Source of the DNA: an uncultured Christensenella sp.
GTDB lineage: Bacteria; Bacillota; Clostridia; Christensenellales; UBA3700
Direction of reading: 5' to 3'
Assembly (NCBI GenBank): GCA_910584975.1
Contig: CAJUEA010000003.1
Coordinates: forward strand, 34,236 to 98,235
DNA length: 64,000 bases
Position numbers and translations under genes: made by a program. Positions within the stretch are counted from its first letter, which is position 1. The number at the start of each line of letters is the position of its first letter. Below are positions 29,706 through 40,921 of this stretch, piece by piece. The notes under the pieces are model-generated. The model was not told where the DNA came from. It searched no databases and saw only the letters and a list, made by a program, of their open reading frames with translations.

Positions 29706-31670
29706 ATGGATAAATTTGAGTTGGTAAGTAAGTATAAACCTTGTGGAGATCAACCACAGGCAATAGAATCTTTGGCTAATGGTGTGTTGGACGGACTTAA
29801 AACGCAAGTTTTACTTGGCGTGACAGGTTCTGGAAAAACTTTTACAATGGCAAATGTCATTGAAAAAGTTAACAAGCCCACCATTGTTATCGCACACAAC
29901 AAAACTCTCGCTGCTCAGCTTTGCAATGAGTTGCGTGAGTTTTTTCCTCACAACAGAGTGGAATATTTTGTGTCTTATTATGATTACTATCAACCTGAGG
30001 CTTACATCCCTCGTTCGGATACTTACATTGAAAAGGAATTGCAAATTAATGACGAAATAGACAAGCTTAGACACTCTGCAACAAGCAGTTTGTCAGAGAG
30101 GCGTGATGTTATTGTTGTGTGCTCGGTATCTTGCATTTATGGCTTGGGTGCACCACTTGAGTATTACAATATGGCAATATCTTTGCGACCGGGTATGGAA
30201 CTTGACAGAGATGAATTTATTAGGCGTTTGGTGGAAATTCAATATAAGCGTTCGGATATTGATTTTACTCGTTCAACTTTTAGGGTTCGTGGCGATATTG
30301 TTGAAGTTATGCGTGCAGATAACAATGACAAAGGACTTAGAATTGAGTTTTTCGGAGACGAAATTGACAAAATAAGCGAGTTTGATTTGATTACATCAAG
30401 GGCAATAAACACATTGGAACACGCAAATATCTTTCCTGCAAGCCACTATGTTGTAAACAGTGATAGTATGCAAAAAGCACTTGATCAAATTGCAAAAGAT
30501 ATGGTGGCACAAGTCAAATATTTTGAGGAAAACGGCAAGCTTATTGAGGCTCAAAGAATAAAAGAAAGAGTAAGCTATGATTTGGAAATGATGAGAGAAA
30601 TGGGCTATTGCAATGGCATTGAAAACTATTCCCGTTACTTTGATGGCAGATTGCCAGGTCAAATGCCTTACACATTGCTTGACTTTTTTGGTAAAGATTA
30701 TCTTATGTTTGTGGATGAATCGCACATCACTTTGCCACAGCTTAGGGCTATGTTTAACGGCGATAAGGCAAGAAAAACAAATCTTGTGCAGTATGGATTC
30801 AGACTTCCTTCGGCTTTTGACAACAGACCATTAGCTTTTGAGGAGTTTAACAGCAAAATCAGCCAAATTATTTGTGTTTCAGCAACTCCTGCCGATTACG
30901 AACTTAATCTTTCGGACAACACAGCAGAGCAACTTATCCGTCCAACAGGACTTTTGGATCCTAAGGTTGAAGTGCGTCCGATTGATGGGCAAATTGACGA
31001 TTTGCTTTCTGAAATTAACAATGTTGTGAGCACAGGACACAGAGTTTTGGTTACTACACTTACAAAAAAGATGAGTGAATCGCTCACAAATTATTTGAAA
31101 GAGCACAATGTCCGTGTGAATTATATGCATTCGGAAATTGATGCTTTGGAAAGAATTGAGATAATCGGTGGACTGAGACGAGGAGAATTTGATGTGCTTG
31201 TTGGCATAAACTTGCTTAGGGAAGGCTTGGATATCCCAGAGGTGCAGTTGGTTGCGATACTGGATGCAGATAAGGAAGGTTTTTTGCGTTCGGAAACATC
31301 GCTTGTGCAAACAATAGGCAGAGCGGCAAGAAACAGCGAGGGCAGAGTTATTATGTATGCAGACAATATCACGGATAGTATGAAGGCTGCAATAAGCGAA
31401 ACAAATCGCCGTCGTGAAGTTCAAAATCAATATAACATCGAGCATAATATTGTGCCAAAAACTATTGTTAAAGATGTTGTTAATACTTTGGAAATTACAA
31501 AGAAAATTGACAGCAAAAATGATAAAAACCTTACGAAAACCGATATATATCGTGAAATTGACATCCTTAAAAGCAGAATGGCAATTGCAAGCAGCAAGCT
31601 TGATTTTGAGTCTGCAATTTCCTATCGTGAGGCTATCAGTGAGTTGAAAAAGAAATTAAAGGATTTGTAA
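29706..31670 (+). CDS. uvrB: Excinuclease ABC subunit B
   Basis: 654 aa. [12 protein letters not shown], helicase motifs, and a C-terminal UVR domain. Confidence 0.96.
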   Translation: MDKFELVSKYKPCGDQPQAIESLANGVLDGLKTQVLLGVTGSGKTFTMANVIEKVNKPTIVIAHNKTLAAQLCNELREFFPHNRVEYFVSYYDYYQPEAYIPRSDTYIEKELQINDEIDKLRHSATSSLSERRDVIVVCSVSCIYGLGAPLEYYNMAISLRPGMELDRDEFIRRLVEIQYKRSDIDFTRSTFRVRGDIVEVMRADNNDKGLRIEFFGDEIDKISEFDLITSRAINTLEHANIFPASHYVVNSDSMQKALDQIAKDMVAQVKYFEENGKLIEAQRIKERVSYDLEMMREMGYCNGIENYSRYFDGRLPGQMPYTLLDFFGKDYLMFVDESHITLPQLRAMFNGDKARKTNLVQYGFRLPSAFDNRPLAFEEFNSKISQIICVSATPADYELNLSDNTAEQLIRPTGLLDPKVEVRPIDGQIDDLLSEINNVVSTGHRVLVTTLTKKMSESLTNYLKEHNVRVNYMHSEIDALERIEIIGGLRRGEFDVLVGINLLREGLDIPEVQLVAILDADKEGFLRSETSLVQTIGRAARNSEGRVIMYADNITDSMKAAISETNRRREVQNQYNIEHNIVPKTIVKDVVNTLEITKKIDSKNDKNLTKTDIYREIDILKSRMAIASSKLDFESAISYREAISELKKKLKDL

Positions 31671-31901
31671 AAACATTTTAAATTTTTTGATTGTTAGGGA
31701 TAAATTCTTGTATGTTTTTAATCAAAATATAGTATGCAGTTATTCCTTAATAATTCACAAAACAGTTGCTTTGTGGAGACACAATGAATGTGGTATATTC
31801 ACAAGATTGATATAATTACTTTAATGGTAATTTAAAATTGTGGAAATTGAAAATAAATTTATCAAAACATACTAATTAGAGAAAAATAAAAATGGTGAGT
31901 T

Positions 31902-34721
31902 ATGAAAGACGAAATTATTGTTAGAGGTGCAAGAGAAAACAACTTAAAAAATATTAATGTGACTATTCCAAGGGATAAGTTGGTTGTGTTTACTGGACTT
32001 TCTGGGTCAGGTAAATCTTCACTTGCTTTTGATACAATTTTTGCAGAAGGTCAAAGAAGATATATTGAAAGTTTGTCTTCTTATGCAAGAATGTTTTTGG
32101 GACAAATGGATAAGCCAGATGTGGATAGTATTGACGGAATTTCTCCAGCAATTTCCATTGACCAAAAAACAACATCACACAATCCAAGGTCAACTGTTGG
32201 TACTGTGACAGAAATTTATGACTATTTGAGGCTTTTGTATGCAAGAATTGGTATTCCTCATTGCCCTAAGTGTGGGAAGGAAATAAAACATCAAACAGTA
32301 GATCAAATTGTTGATAAAATCATTGCATATGGCGACAAAACAAAGGTTATTATTGTTGCACCTGTTGTGCGTGGCAGAAAAGGCGAGTACACAAAGCAAC
32401 TTGAGGGATACAGAAAAAGTGGTTATATGCGTGTTCAGATTGACGGAATCGACTATTCTTTGGATCAAGATGATGTGATTTTGGAAAAAAATGTTAAACA
32501 CACAATCAATGTGGTTATTGATAGGTTGGTTATCAAGGAAGGTATTTCAAAAAGACTTGCCGATAGCGTGGAAAATGCTTTGAAATTGGCAAACGGCTTG
32601 GTTGAGGTTCAAAGTGAAGGCAACAGCCAGTTGTTTTCTATCAATTATGCGTGCCCTGATTGCGATATTAGCATTGAGGAACTTGCACCAAGAATGTTCA
32701 GTTTTAACAACCCTTTTGGAGCGTGTCCAAAATGTCACGGATTGGGATTTAACAATGTTATTGATGTAAATAAGCTTGTAAAAGACTGGAACAAATCGCT
32801 TAAAGACGGAGCGATTGAAGTTTCGGGGTGGAACCTTGACACAAGCAGAATTTCAAGCAGTGTGCTTAAAGTTGTAGCAAAAGAAAATGGCTTTGATTTG
32901 GATACTCCACTTAAGGATTTGCCAAAAAAAGCTATCGATTTGCTTATGTATGGCGACAATAAGGAATATAAGGTTAATTACGCATCCTCTTCTTTCAGTG
33001 GTGCCTATAAAATGAAATTTGAAGGTGTTGCAAGCAATTTGGAGAGGAGATATAACGAAACAAATTCAGATTTTGTAAAAGCAGAAATTGAAAAATATAT
33101 GACACAAGAGCCTTGTGATTTGTGCAAGGGGAAACGACTTAAAAAAGAGGCTTTGTCAGTTACAGTTGGTGGTTTAAATATTGCAGAATTGTGCGATTTG
33201 CCAATTGTTAAAGCAAAAGAGTTTTTTGCAAATTTGACACTTACAAACACTGAAATGCAAATTGCAAAACAGATTTTGACAGAGATTAATGCAAGACTAA
33301 ATTTCCTTTGCAATGTTGGATTGACTTATCTTACATTGTCAAGGTCAGCAGGCACATTGTCAGGTGGCGAGGCACAAAGAATAAGGCTTGCCACTCAAAT
33401 TGGCAGTGGTTTGACTGGTGTGCTTTATATTTTGGACGAGCCAAGCATTGGTTTGCATCAAAGAGACAATGAAAAGTTGCTTAAAACATTGCAATCGCTT
33501 AGGGATTTGGGCAACTCACTTATTGTGGTTGAGCACGACGAGGACACAATGATGCTTGCAGACTACATTGTGGATATTGGGCCAAAAGCAGGAATCCATG
33601 GAGGCGAGGTTGTTTGCTGTGGCACTCCTCAGCAGGTTATGGATTGTGAGAAGTCTTTGACAGGACAATATATGAGTGGAAAGAGGAAAATTGAGGTGCC
33701 AAAAACACGCAGAAAAGGCAATGGACTTTTCATTGAGGTTAAAGGTGCAAAGCAAAACAATTTGAAAAATGTTTGTGTGAAAATTCCACTTGGGAAATTC
33801 AATGTTGTGACTGGTGTTTCGGGCAGTGGTAAATCAAGTTTGGTAAATGGCATTATTTATCCTGTTTTGCAAGCAAAACTTAATGGTGCAAGACAAAAAT
33901 TTGCAAATTGTGAAGGTATTGAGGGAATTGATAATTTGGATAAGGTTATTTGCATTGACCAATCTCCAATTGGCAGAACACCTCGTTCAAATCCAGCGAC
34001 TTATACGGGTGTTTTCTCTGCAATAAGGGAATTGTTTGCATCTACACCAGAGGCAAAGGCAAGAGGTTACAAGTCAGGCAGATTCAGCTTTAATGTGGCA
34101 GGTGGCAGATGTGAAAATTGTGCTGGTGACGGAATTATTAAAATTGAAATGCACTTTTTGTCAGATGTTTATGTGCCTTGTGAAGTTTGTGGTGGCAAGC
34201 GTTATAATAGGGAGACTTTGCAAGTTACTTACAAAGGTAAATCAATTTATGATGTTTTGGAAATGACTGTGGATGAGGCATGTGTTTTCTTTGAAAATCT
34301 GCCTTCAATTTACAAAAAAATTAAAACTTTGCAGGATGTTGGTCTTGGTTATATCAAATTAGGGCAATCTGCAACAACTTTGTCAGGTGGAGAGGCTCAA
34401 AGGGTTAAACTTGCAACAGAGCTTGCAAAACGCAGCACAGGCAAAACAATTTATATCCTAGATGAGCCAACAACTGGATTGCACACACACGATGTCAAAA
34501 AACTTATTGCAATTTTGGATAGACTTTGCGATTTGGGCAACACTGTTTTGGTTATCGAGCATAATTTGGATGTGATTAAAGTTGCAGACAATATCATTGA
34601 TTTAGGACCTGAAGGTGGCGATGATGGAGGAAGAATTTTGATTACTGGAACACCAGAACAAGTTGCAAAATTTGAAGGTAGCTATACAGGTAAATTCTTA
34701 AAAGACAAATTGAAAGATTAG
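31902..34721 (+). CDS. uvrA: Excinuclease ABC subunit A
   Basis: 939 aa. Two ABC modules ([25 protein letters not shown]), zinc fingers, and LSGGEAQR twice. Confidence 0.97.
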   Translation: MKDEIIVRGARENNLKNINVTIPRDKLVVFTGLSGSGKSSLAFDTIFAEGQRRYIESLSSYARMFLGQMDKPDVDSIDGISPAISIDQKTTSHNPRSTVGTVTEIYDYLRLLYARIGIPHCPKCGKEIKHQTVDQIVDKIIAYGDKTKVIIVAPVVRGRKGEYTKQLEGYRKSGYMRVQIDGIDYSLDQDDVILEKNVKHTINVVIDRLVIKEGISKRLADSVENALKLANGLVEVQSEGNSQLFSINYACPDCDISIEELAPRMFSFNNPFGACPKCHGLGFNNVIDVNKLVKDWNKSLKDGAIEVSGWNLDTSRISSSVLKVVAKENGFDLDTPLKDLPKKAIDLLMYGDNKEYKVNYASSSFSGAYKMKFEGVASNLERRYNETNSDFVKAEIEKYMTQEPCDLCKGKRLKKEALSVTVGGLNIAELCDLPIVKAKEFFANLTLTNTEMQIAKQILTEINARLNFLCNVGLTYLTLSRSAGTLSGGEAQRIRLATQIGSGLTGVLYILDEPSIGLHQRDNEKLLKTLQSLRDLGNSLIVVEHDEDTMMLADYIVDIGPKAGIHGGEVVCCGTPQQVMDCEKSLTGQYMSGKRKIEVPKTRRKGNGLFIEVKGAKQNNLKNVCVKIPLGKFNVVTGVSGSGKSSLVNGIIYPVLQAKLNGARQKFANCEGIEGIDNLDKVICIDQSPIGRTPRSNPATYTGVFSAIRELFASTPEAKARGYKSGRFSFNVAGGRCENCAGDGIIKIEMHFLSDVYVPCEVCGGKRYNRETLQVTYKGKSIYDVLEMTVDEACVFFENLPSIYKKIKTLQDVGLGYIKLGQSATTLSGGEAQRVKLATELAKRSTGKTIYILDEPTTGLHTHDVKKLIAILDRLCDLGNTVLVIEHNLDVIKVADNIIDLGPEGGDDGGRILITGTPEQVAKFEGSYTGKFLKDKLKD

Positions 34722-34841
34722 TTAGCAAATATATTTCAAAAGAAAATTTTTGCAAAAACTTAGACTAATATAATTTAAAATGATATTTATTTATCGCATA
34801 TAACATTATGTTTTGCCTTAAATTTTGCATAACAAAAAGTT

Positions 34842-34871
34842 AAAAATGACTGCGTTTGCAGTCATTTTTTT
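34842..34871 (+). terminator. Rho-independent terminator after uvrA
   Basis: atgactgc (34846-34853) pairs with gcagtcat (34858-34865), followed by a T6 run. Confidence 0.8.
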
Positions 34872-35174
34872 ATGCAGTTGTGTTTTTTAGTTTATTTGTA
34901 TCATAAAAAATGTTAAGCTACAATTTTTGTGACAAATGGAGTGTTTGAGTTAAAAACAAATAGTTTTACGATTTAAAGTGGTGGGAACAAGTAGAAAATA
35001 TTTTATGTGATTGTTTAAAAAAAATAGCATTTGTATTCCTTAAAATTACAAAATTATTTTTAATTTTTCATTATTGTAAATTATTTTTCGGGCAGTGGTG
35101 CAGTGATATAAAATCATATCTGCAAATGCTCATTTAATAATTTGTTTTTTATGCAAAAAATTGAATTTTTCTGT

Positions 35175-35207
35175 CAAAAATCGGGGTTAATTTGTATTAA
35201 TCCCGAT
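35175..35207 (-). terminator. Rho-independent terminator of the minus-strand DUF421/DUF4363 operon
   Basis: atcggggttaat (35180-35191) pairs with attaatcccgat (35196-35207). On the minus strand it is followed by a T5 run. Confidence 0.7.
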
Positions 35208-35330
35208 TTGTTTATATGAATATATCACAATATGATTTAATGCAGATATCTGCAAATCAGCATATGATAATATATTGCAATGAGTTTGTGGCTTTTTGTC
35301 ATTTAAGTTGTAACTTTCATTGCGTTGATT

Positions 35331-35711
35331 TTAAAAAATGTTTTTAGGTGCATATTTCAAAAGTCCTAATCTTGTTTTTGCATCTTGTTGAAGAGAAATG
35401 CTAATTGACAGGGCATCTTGATAATTTTCTGCGTAAATTGCACCATATAAAGTGGATAGATTTGTCATAAAGTCTTTTATTTCATTATGAGGGCAAGTCA
35501 ACTCTAAAATTTCGCGTCTTTTATGCCACCATTCAATGCTTTCTTGTGAAACTTGTTTTGCTTTTTCGTAATCTTTGTTTTCCAAAAGCGATTGCACCTC
35601 TTCGCAACGCATACCTATGCCATTAAAAGAATTGTTGATATAAACTTCATTCAGCACACCAAAAGTCAAAATTAATACGATAACTACTATTGCTATGATA
35701 ATTCTATTCAT
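35331..35711 (-). CDS. DUF4363-family small membrane-anchored protein
   Basis: 126 aa with an N-terminal TM. It overlaps the stop of the DUF421 gene, a pairing common in Firmicutes. Confidence 0.6.
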   Translation of the reverse strand: MNRIIIAIVVIVLILTFGVLNEVYINNSFNGIGMRCEEVQSLLENKDYEKAKQVSQESIEWWHKRREILELTCPHNEIKDFMTNLSTLYGAIYAENYQDALSISISLQQDAKTRLGLLKYAPKNIF

Positions 35712-36414
35712 TCATTACCTCCTCGACATTTGTATTGATAGCAGTTTTTTTGATTGGTTGCAAAAATACATTTTTGTTGTTATCAACAGATGCCAAAAGC
35801 ACATTTTTTTGTTTCAAGTCGTATTTTTTTAGCATTTTTTCAATAAATTCATTGCTGACTCCTGATAGCTGCATATTTTGAGAAAGCAGTTTTCCTTCGC
35901 AAATAAGCATATATGGTATGCCTTTTGGATCAGTTTGGATTCCCATATCAGATGGGGTTAGTGGTGCATTTTCTGCTTTTGGCACAACTGTTAGGTCGCC
36001 GTTTGTTTCCACTATTGCAAATTGGACTTCAGCAGGAGAAAAATATCCCGCCCCTCGCAAAGATTCCAAAAGGTCATTTACTGTCATATCCAGTTTGTTA
36101 ATTGCATCATAGTTTATACCGTTTGAGTCTATTACAATGATAGGTTTGCCATTTATCACACGCCTGAATCTGATTGAGTGCTTAATAATTTTGGTCAATA
36201 TCAAATGAATCACAAACAATGTGAAAATTGGTATTAATCCAAAAAATACTGGCACGGTCGTGTCTGACATTGGTATGCAAGCAAGTTCTGCTGCCACCAG
36301 TGTAATCGCAAATTCAAAGGGTTGCAATTCCCCAAGTTGCTTTTTGCCCATAAGTCGCATTGCAAAAAGCAAACATAAATAAATAATTATTGCACGAGTA
36401 AATACTATTAACAT
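35704..36414 (-). CDS. DUF421 (YetF-like) membrane protein
   Basis: 236 aa. RLMGKKQLGELQPFEFAITLVAAELA is the typical YetF-family N-terminus. Confidence 0.75.
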   Translation of the reverse strand: MLIVFTRAIIIYLCLLFAMRLMGKKQLGELQPFEFAITLVAAELACIPMSDTTVPVFFGLIPIFTLFVIHLILTKIIKHSIRFRRVINGKPIIVIDSNGINYDAINKLDMTVNDLLESLRGAGYFSPAEVQFAIVETNGDLTVVPKAENAPLTPSDMGIQTDPKGIPYMLICEGKLLSQNMQLSGVSNEFIEKMLKKYDLKQKNVLLASVDNNKNVFLQPIKKTAINTNVEEVMNE

Positions 36415-36636
36415 ATTTTTAGTATCTGAATTGATAGCTGTTTTATACGAAATAATATGTATTTTTTTTGCAATTTTTTATGCTTGCTTTAAGCTAATTG
36501 ATCTTTATTTTTTAATTTCTTTTTTTTGTGTTACATATTGCGATCTTTCTTTTATCAAATGCAATATACTAAAATTATTTTTAAAAATAAGAATATTTGA
36601 TTAATGTTTTAGCGATATGCGTTTTTTATTATAAAT

Positions 36637-38139
36637 TTATTTGTTACTGTTTTTTGATATTATAGCATTTCTATGTTTTTTTAACTTGATAACAATAGGA
36701 AGGGCAAACACTCCAAAAATTAAAGTTGATATTATTGAGGAAATGCATACTCTGCCAAAAATGTTAAGTTGCTGATAGCTCAGACCAATCAATTTTACCA
36801 AATATCCAACGCCTATGGAAATTGCAAGTGTAAGTCCACAAACAACAAGGTAACTAAGTGAAATATCCGTATATTTTTTAAGGTTGATTGTGTTGAATAT
36901 CAATCCAATGCTGTGGTAGACAAGTAGTGCAGCTGGATATGCATAAATACCAATTGCTTTTGCAAGTATCAACAAGGTCAAAATAAGTCCTATTGAGGAA
37001 ATTATGCTTGAAATAAATGTTTTTTTCTCCCTGCCCAAAGTGTTAAGCAAGGATGCAGAAAGCTGATTGATAACAAGTGGCAGAATTATCATTGATGTGA
37101 TAACAAGCATGTTTCCAGCTCTTTCGTCTGCATAAAACATAATGGAAATATCCTCGCCAGCACTGATAAAAATTGTCATAAGAAGAGCAGAAATCAATGC
37201 TGTAAAAATCATTGCGTTTTTGATTTTTCCATTTGCTGCTGTTTTGCCTTTTTTTGCAACTAAACTTGCAATTTCAGGTATCATAATCACCAAAAGTGAA
37301 CCTATGATTGTGTTTGGTGCAAGGGCAATGGGCAAAACCATGCTGCTCATTCTTCCATAATCGGCTGTTGCCATGTCCAAACTCATTCCTCCATGTACCA
37401 AAAGACTTGGCAACATAAGTGCAACAACCGAACTCATAAGCGAACCAATTATTCTTGTGGTTGTGATTGGAAGGGAAGAACTGGTAATTTCTCCACCATA
37501 ATTTGGCTTTTTGATTTTGCCACCGAATGCAATGAACATTATAACAATAATAATCATACAAAAAACATCGCCAATTACATTTGCAAGTGCAAAAGCGTTG
37601 TATGGTTCTGTGCTGTAAAACTTTGTTAGCCAAATAATCAGCACCCCAACAAGCAAAAATGCCTCGTCAGCAAACTCTAGCAATGAGTAGGTTGTATATT
37701 TCTTTTTGCCCCAAAACCAAGCACGAAAAGTTGCATAAATTGCAGTTGAGATTAGCGTTGGCAACAAAATGCGAAAAACTTCACGACATTTTGGGTTGGA
37801 AAAAAGCAAATTCATTGAGCTTGGAACAAGATAAAAAAACAGGCATATTGCAGTGGAAATTCCAGCTGTAATCACCAATGTTGAAGTTAGCATACTGTTT
37901 GAATGGTCAAAATCTCCCAGTGCATCATAATGTGCAATTTTTCTTGATAGCGTAACTGGAAATCCACTGGATGCAAAGCAAGCAAACATAACAAAAACAG
38001 AGCTTGCAATCGAATAAATTCCAATGTTAAGCGCACCGAAAATTCTAGTCAGATATATATGAAAAATAAAGGAAACTACGCGCGTTATTATGCTTATCGA
38101 AGTAACCTTGAAAAAAGATTTTACAAAATTATTAGCCAT
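36637..38139 (-). CDS. MOP-superfamily polysaccharide/lipid II flippase-like protein (SpoVB/MurJ-like)
   Basis: 500 aa with about 12-14 TM. The N-terminus (ITRVVSFIFHIYLTRIFGALNIGIYSIA) is typical of the polysaccharide-biosynthesis / SpoVB family. Confidence 0.65.
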   Translation of the reverse strand: MANNFVKSFFKVTSISIITRVVSFIFHIYLTRIFGALNIGIYSIASSVFVMFACFASSGFPVTLSRKIAHYDALGDFDHSNSMLTSTLVITAGISTAICLFFYLVPSSMNLLFSNPKCREVFRILLPTLISTAIYATFRAWFWGKKKYTTYSLLEFADEAFLLVGVLIIWLTKFYSTEPYNAFALANVIGDVFCMIIIVIMFIAFGGKIKKPNYGGEITSSSLPITTTRIIGSLMSSVVALMLPSLLVHGGMSLDMATADYGRMSSMVLPIALAPNTIIGSLLVIMIPEIASLVAKKGKTAANGKIKNAMIFTALISALLMTIFISAGEDISIMFYADERAGNMLVITSMIILPLVINQLSASLLNTLGREKKTFISSIISSIGLILTLLILAKAIGIYAYPAALLVYHSIGLIFNTINLKKYTDISLSYLVVCGLTLAISIGVGYLVKLIGLSYQQLNIFGRVCISSIISTLIFGVFALPIVIKLKKHRNAIISKNSNK

Positions 38140-38220
38140 ATTCCTCCGAAAAAAATATATTTATCCATATATCATATTGCAAAAAAAATCAAAATAGAAT
38201 AGAAAGGGGAGGATAGTGCT

Positions 38221-38505
38221 ATGCAATATATTCATAAAGTAAAAAAAGAGGAAAGTGTAAGGGATATTTGTGTGAAGTATTCTGTTTGCGAAGAGGAGCT
38301 TTTGAGCGCAAATAATCTTGCTGAAGAGGACATAAAGGAAGGTGTTTTGCTTTTTGTTAGTGTCCCTGACGGCAGAAGGTATGTGGTCAAGCCCTTTGAC
38401 ACCATCCGAAAAATAGCAGAAAAGTTTGAAGTAAGCGAGGCTGCTATATTGGAATTTAATAATATAAAACAAATATTTTTGGGACAGATAATTTATATCC
38501 CTTGA
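38221..38505 (+). CDS. Small protein with two LysM domains
   Basis: 94 aa. HKVKKEESVRDICVKYSV..EELLSANNL and YVVKPFDTIRKIAEKFEVSEAAILEFNN. Confidence 0.75.
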   Translation: MQYIHKVKKEESVRDICVKYSVCEEELLSANNLAEEDIKEGVLLFVSVPDGRRYVVKPFDTIRKIAEKFEVSEAAILEFNNIKQIFLGQIIYIP

Positions 38506-38551
38506 TTGTATGTTTTTGTGTTTTATGCGACAACAATAAAAGCTTTTTGGT

Positions 38552-38578
38552 ATATTGAGGATAGCTTGGTCATATGCT
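38552..38578 (+). promoter_or_regulatory. Candidate sigma-E-type sporulation promoter
   Basis: ATATT (38552-38556), 14 nt, CATATGCT (38571-38578). This resembles the mother-cell sigma-E pattern ATATT / CATACA-T, recalled from memory. Confidence 0.35.
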
Positions 38579-38595
38579 TTAGCGTGGAGGTTGAT

Positions 38596-39000
38596 ATGGA
38601 GAAAAAAATGAAATTTGGAAAAGAGGATTTGATTGATATTGTAAAAAGCAGTTTAATTGCTGTTGTCAGTTCTTTAGTTTTGATTTTACTTTTTGCAATA
38701 ATAATAAAATTTAGTGGAATTGCTGACAATGTAATTCTTGCAATCAATATGGTAATCAAAAGCATTAGTATTGTACTTGGTATTTTGTTTGGAATAAAGC
38801 ATGCCAGATTGGGTGCAATAAAAGGACTTTTCAGTGGACTTTTGTTTGTTATTGTTTCATATGTGCTTTTTTCAATAATCAATTTGGATGGAAAAATTGA
38901 TTTGATGATGTTGGTTGACAGTCTTATTATTTTGGCAGAAAGTTTGATTTCTGGAATTATCGCGGTTAATATCAAAGATAAAAGGACAGGCAAAAGGTGA
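38596..39000 (+). CDS. Small 4-TM membrane protein (TIGR04086-like), overlapping the spoIIIAA start
   Basis: ATG at 38596 after SD ggagg. 134 aa. Four hydrophobic helices. Its stop overlaps the GTG start of spoIIIAA. Confidence 0.55.
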   Translation: MEKKMKFGKEDLIDIVKSSLIAVVSSLVLILLFAIIIKFSGIADNVILAINMVIKSISIVLGILFGIKHARLGAIKGLFSGLLFVIVSYVLFSIINLDGKIDLMMLVDSLIILAESLISGIIAVNIKDKRTGKR

Positions 39001-39842
39001 ACTCAAGTTTGAAAAGGCTCTTGCGCGAGCAAATTTATTGGAAATTGGAAAAGTATAACGGCATTTGCGAAATAAGGTTTCGGCGTGGCAAAAATGTGGT
39101 TGTTTATACTTTGGGCGATAGGTTTGTTGTTGATTACATTTGCACAGCAGAAGATATAGAGTATGTTTTGAAAATTGCTACATCACGCTCACTTTATGCA
39201 GCAGAGGAGAGTATCAAACAAGGATACATAAGCTGTGAAGGTGGCATAAGAATTGGCATTGTGGGAGAAGCTGTTCTTGATAATGGCAAATTACGAAGTG
39301 TAAAAAATATAAATTCAATAGTAATTCGAATTGCAAAATCAATTCAGAATCTGCCAGTGGAAGTGCTTCCGATAGTGGAAAATTTTGATAACACTTTGAT
39401 AATTTCTCCACCATATCTTGGAAAAACTACAATTTTAAGAGAGATGACAAGAAGGCTTTCAAACAAAGGCAATGACATCCTTGTGATTGATGAGCGAAAT
39501 GAACTTTCTGCAACAACTGATGGTGTGCAAAATTTGGATATGGGTGCAAACACGGATATTATGGTTGGAGTGCCAAAGCTCAATTGCTATGAAGGTGCTG
39601 TAAGAACAATGTCTCCGGATATTATTGTCACAGATGAAATTTTTGGTGGGGCAGAGGTAAGTTGTCTTTTGGATACTGCAAGATGTGGGGTTAAATTTAT
39701 GGCAACTGCACACGGAAAAAATATTGACAAGTTTTTGCAAAATGAGTGCTATTCACCACTGAAAAGTGTGGTTGCAAATTATTTGTTGCTTGGGGATAGT
39801 GTGGGGTGTGTCAAGGAGGTCAGGTGTAATTGTTTAAATTGA
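38997..39842 (+). CDS. spoIIIAA: Stage III sporulation protein AA (ATPase)
   Basis: 281 aa. Walker A PPYLGKTTILRE, Walker B-like ILVIDE. First gene of an 8-gene spoIIIA array. Confidence 0.88.
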   Translation: MNSSLKRLLREQIYWKLEKYNGICEIRFRRGKNVVVYTLGDRFVVDYICTAEDIEYVLKIATSRSLYAAEESIKQGYISCEGGIRIGIVGEAVLDNGKLRSVKNINSIVIRIAKSIQNLPVEVLPIVENFDNTLIISPPYLGKTTILREMTRRLSNKGNDILVIDERNELSATTDGVQNLDMGANTDIMVGVPKLNCYEGAVRTMSPDIIVTDEIFGGAEVSCLLDTARCGVKFMATAHGKNIDKFLQNECYSPLKSVVANYLLLGDSVGCVKEVRCNCLN

Positions 39843-40324
39843 TTTTGGGTGGAACAATTTGCATAGTAGTGTCTTTTATCGGACTGGTTATCAAAAGAAA
39901 ATACAAGGTCAATGCAGATTTTATGACAGCATATGTTGATTTTGTTGGCTATGCAAAAACTGAAATATCCAACAACAAAACACCTGTTTTTACCATAATC
40001 GACAGCTATATTGCAAGAGAAAACAACATCTTTACAAAAGTGCTTGGAGTGATAAACAACAACCTCAAAAAAGATATTGTGGATAGCGAAAGTTATCCCA
40101 AAGAATGTGCTTTGGTGGACAAAAAAAGAATAAAAGCTTTGATATCCGATATTGAAAGCGTGGGAAAATATGACAGCGTTACGGAAATAAACAAACTTAA
40201 AAGCATTGAGGAACGCTCGCTTAAAGATGCGCAAAAGGCGACTGAAAAATATAAAAAAGATGGGGTTATGGCATTTAAATTGTCTGTTGCAATAGGCATT
40301 GCAATCATGATTATTTTGTGCTGA
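39830..40324 (+). CDS. spoIIIAB: Stage III sporulation protein AB
   Basis: 164 aa, TM at both ends, position in the operon. TTG start after SD aaggagg. Confidence 0.75.
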   Translation: MFKLILGGTICIVVSFIGLVIKRKYKVNADFMTAYVDFVGYAKTEISNNKTPVFTIIDSYIARENNIFTKVLGVINNNLKKDIVDSESYPKECALVDKKRIKALISDIESVGKYDSVTEINKLKSIEERSLKDAQKATEKYKKDGVMAFKLSVAIGIAIMIILC

Positions 40325-40330
40325 GTGTGT

Positions 40331-40528
40331 ATGGGAATTGACATAGTTTTTAAGATTGCAGGTGTGGGGCTTATAACTTGGATAATCAATAGTGTGCTGA
40401 AAAAAGCCGATAAAGATGAAATTGCAACTTTTGTAACAATGGCTGGGCTTATTATTGTGCTTTCAATAATTTTGGATATGATAGGTGGTTTGTATAGCAG
40501 TATAAAATCACTTTTGCAGTTATATTGA
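40331..40528 (+). CDS. spoIIIAC: Stage III sporulation protein AC
   Basis: 65 aa, two TM (IFKIAGVGLITWIINSVLKKADKDE). The GTG at 40325 is an alternative start. Confidence 0.8.
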   Translation: MGIDIVFKIAGVGLITWIINSVLKKADKDEIATFVTMAGLIIVLSIILDMIGGLYSSIKSLLQLY

Positions 40529-40914
40529 TGGATATTTTTAAAGTAATAGCAATAGGGTTGATTGGTGCAATAATTGTGGTTATGCTAAAAACGATAAAGT
40601 CGGATTTAAGCATAATGGCAACGCTTGCAACAGGAATAATAATTGTGATTATAACCCTGACATATATTGGCGATGTTATTATCGCGTTTAATCAAATAGT
40701 GGACAAGACTGGGCTTAACAGCAAACTTTTTTCCTCACTTTTAAAAATTGTGGGAATAGGATATCTGACGGAATATTCAAGCAGTATGTGCGAGGATATG
40801 GGTAGCCCAAGCCTTGGCAAAAAAATTCAATTTAGTGGGAAAATAGCTATATTTTTGATGGCTATCCCTGTGGTAACAGCATTGATAAACACAGTGGCAA
40901 ATTTGTTAAAATGA
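40528..40914 (+). CDS. spoIIIAD: Stage III sporulation protein AD
   Basis: 128 aa polytopic protein. TGATG overlap with spoIIIAC. Confidence 0.8.
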   Translation: MDIFKVIAIGLIGAIIVVMLKTIKSDLSIMATLATGIIIVIITLTYIGDVIIAFNQIVDKTGLNSKLFSSLLKIVGIGYLTEYSSSMCEDMGSPSLGKKIQFSGKIAIFLMAIPVVTALINTVANLLK

Positions 40915-40921
40915 GGAAAAT

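Noticed and set aside
35100-35280. Repeated ATCTGCAAAT and the palindrome gcagatatctgc in the uvrA / DUF4363 gap
   Set aside because: There are only two short copies in AT-rich DNA with no associated structure or gene context, so this is within chance expectation.
38523-38993. 156-aa minus-strand ORF antisense to the small membrane-protein gene; similar long antisense ORFs at 30879..31445, 61404..61877, 39779..40234 and 58093..58473
   Set aside because: They lie fully inside well-supported genes on the other strand and have low-complexity or hydrophobic compositions typical of antisense frames in AT-rich DNA. They have no SD.
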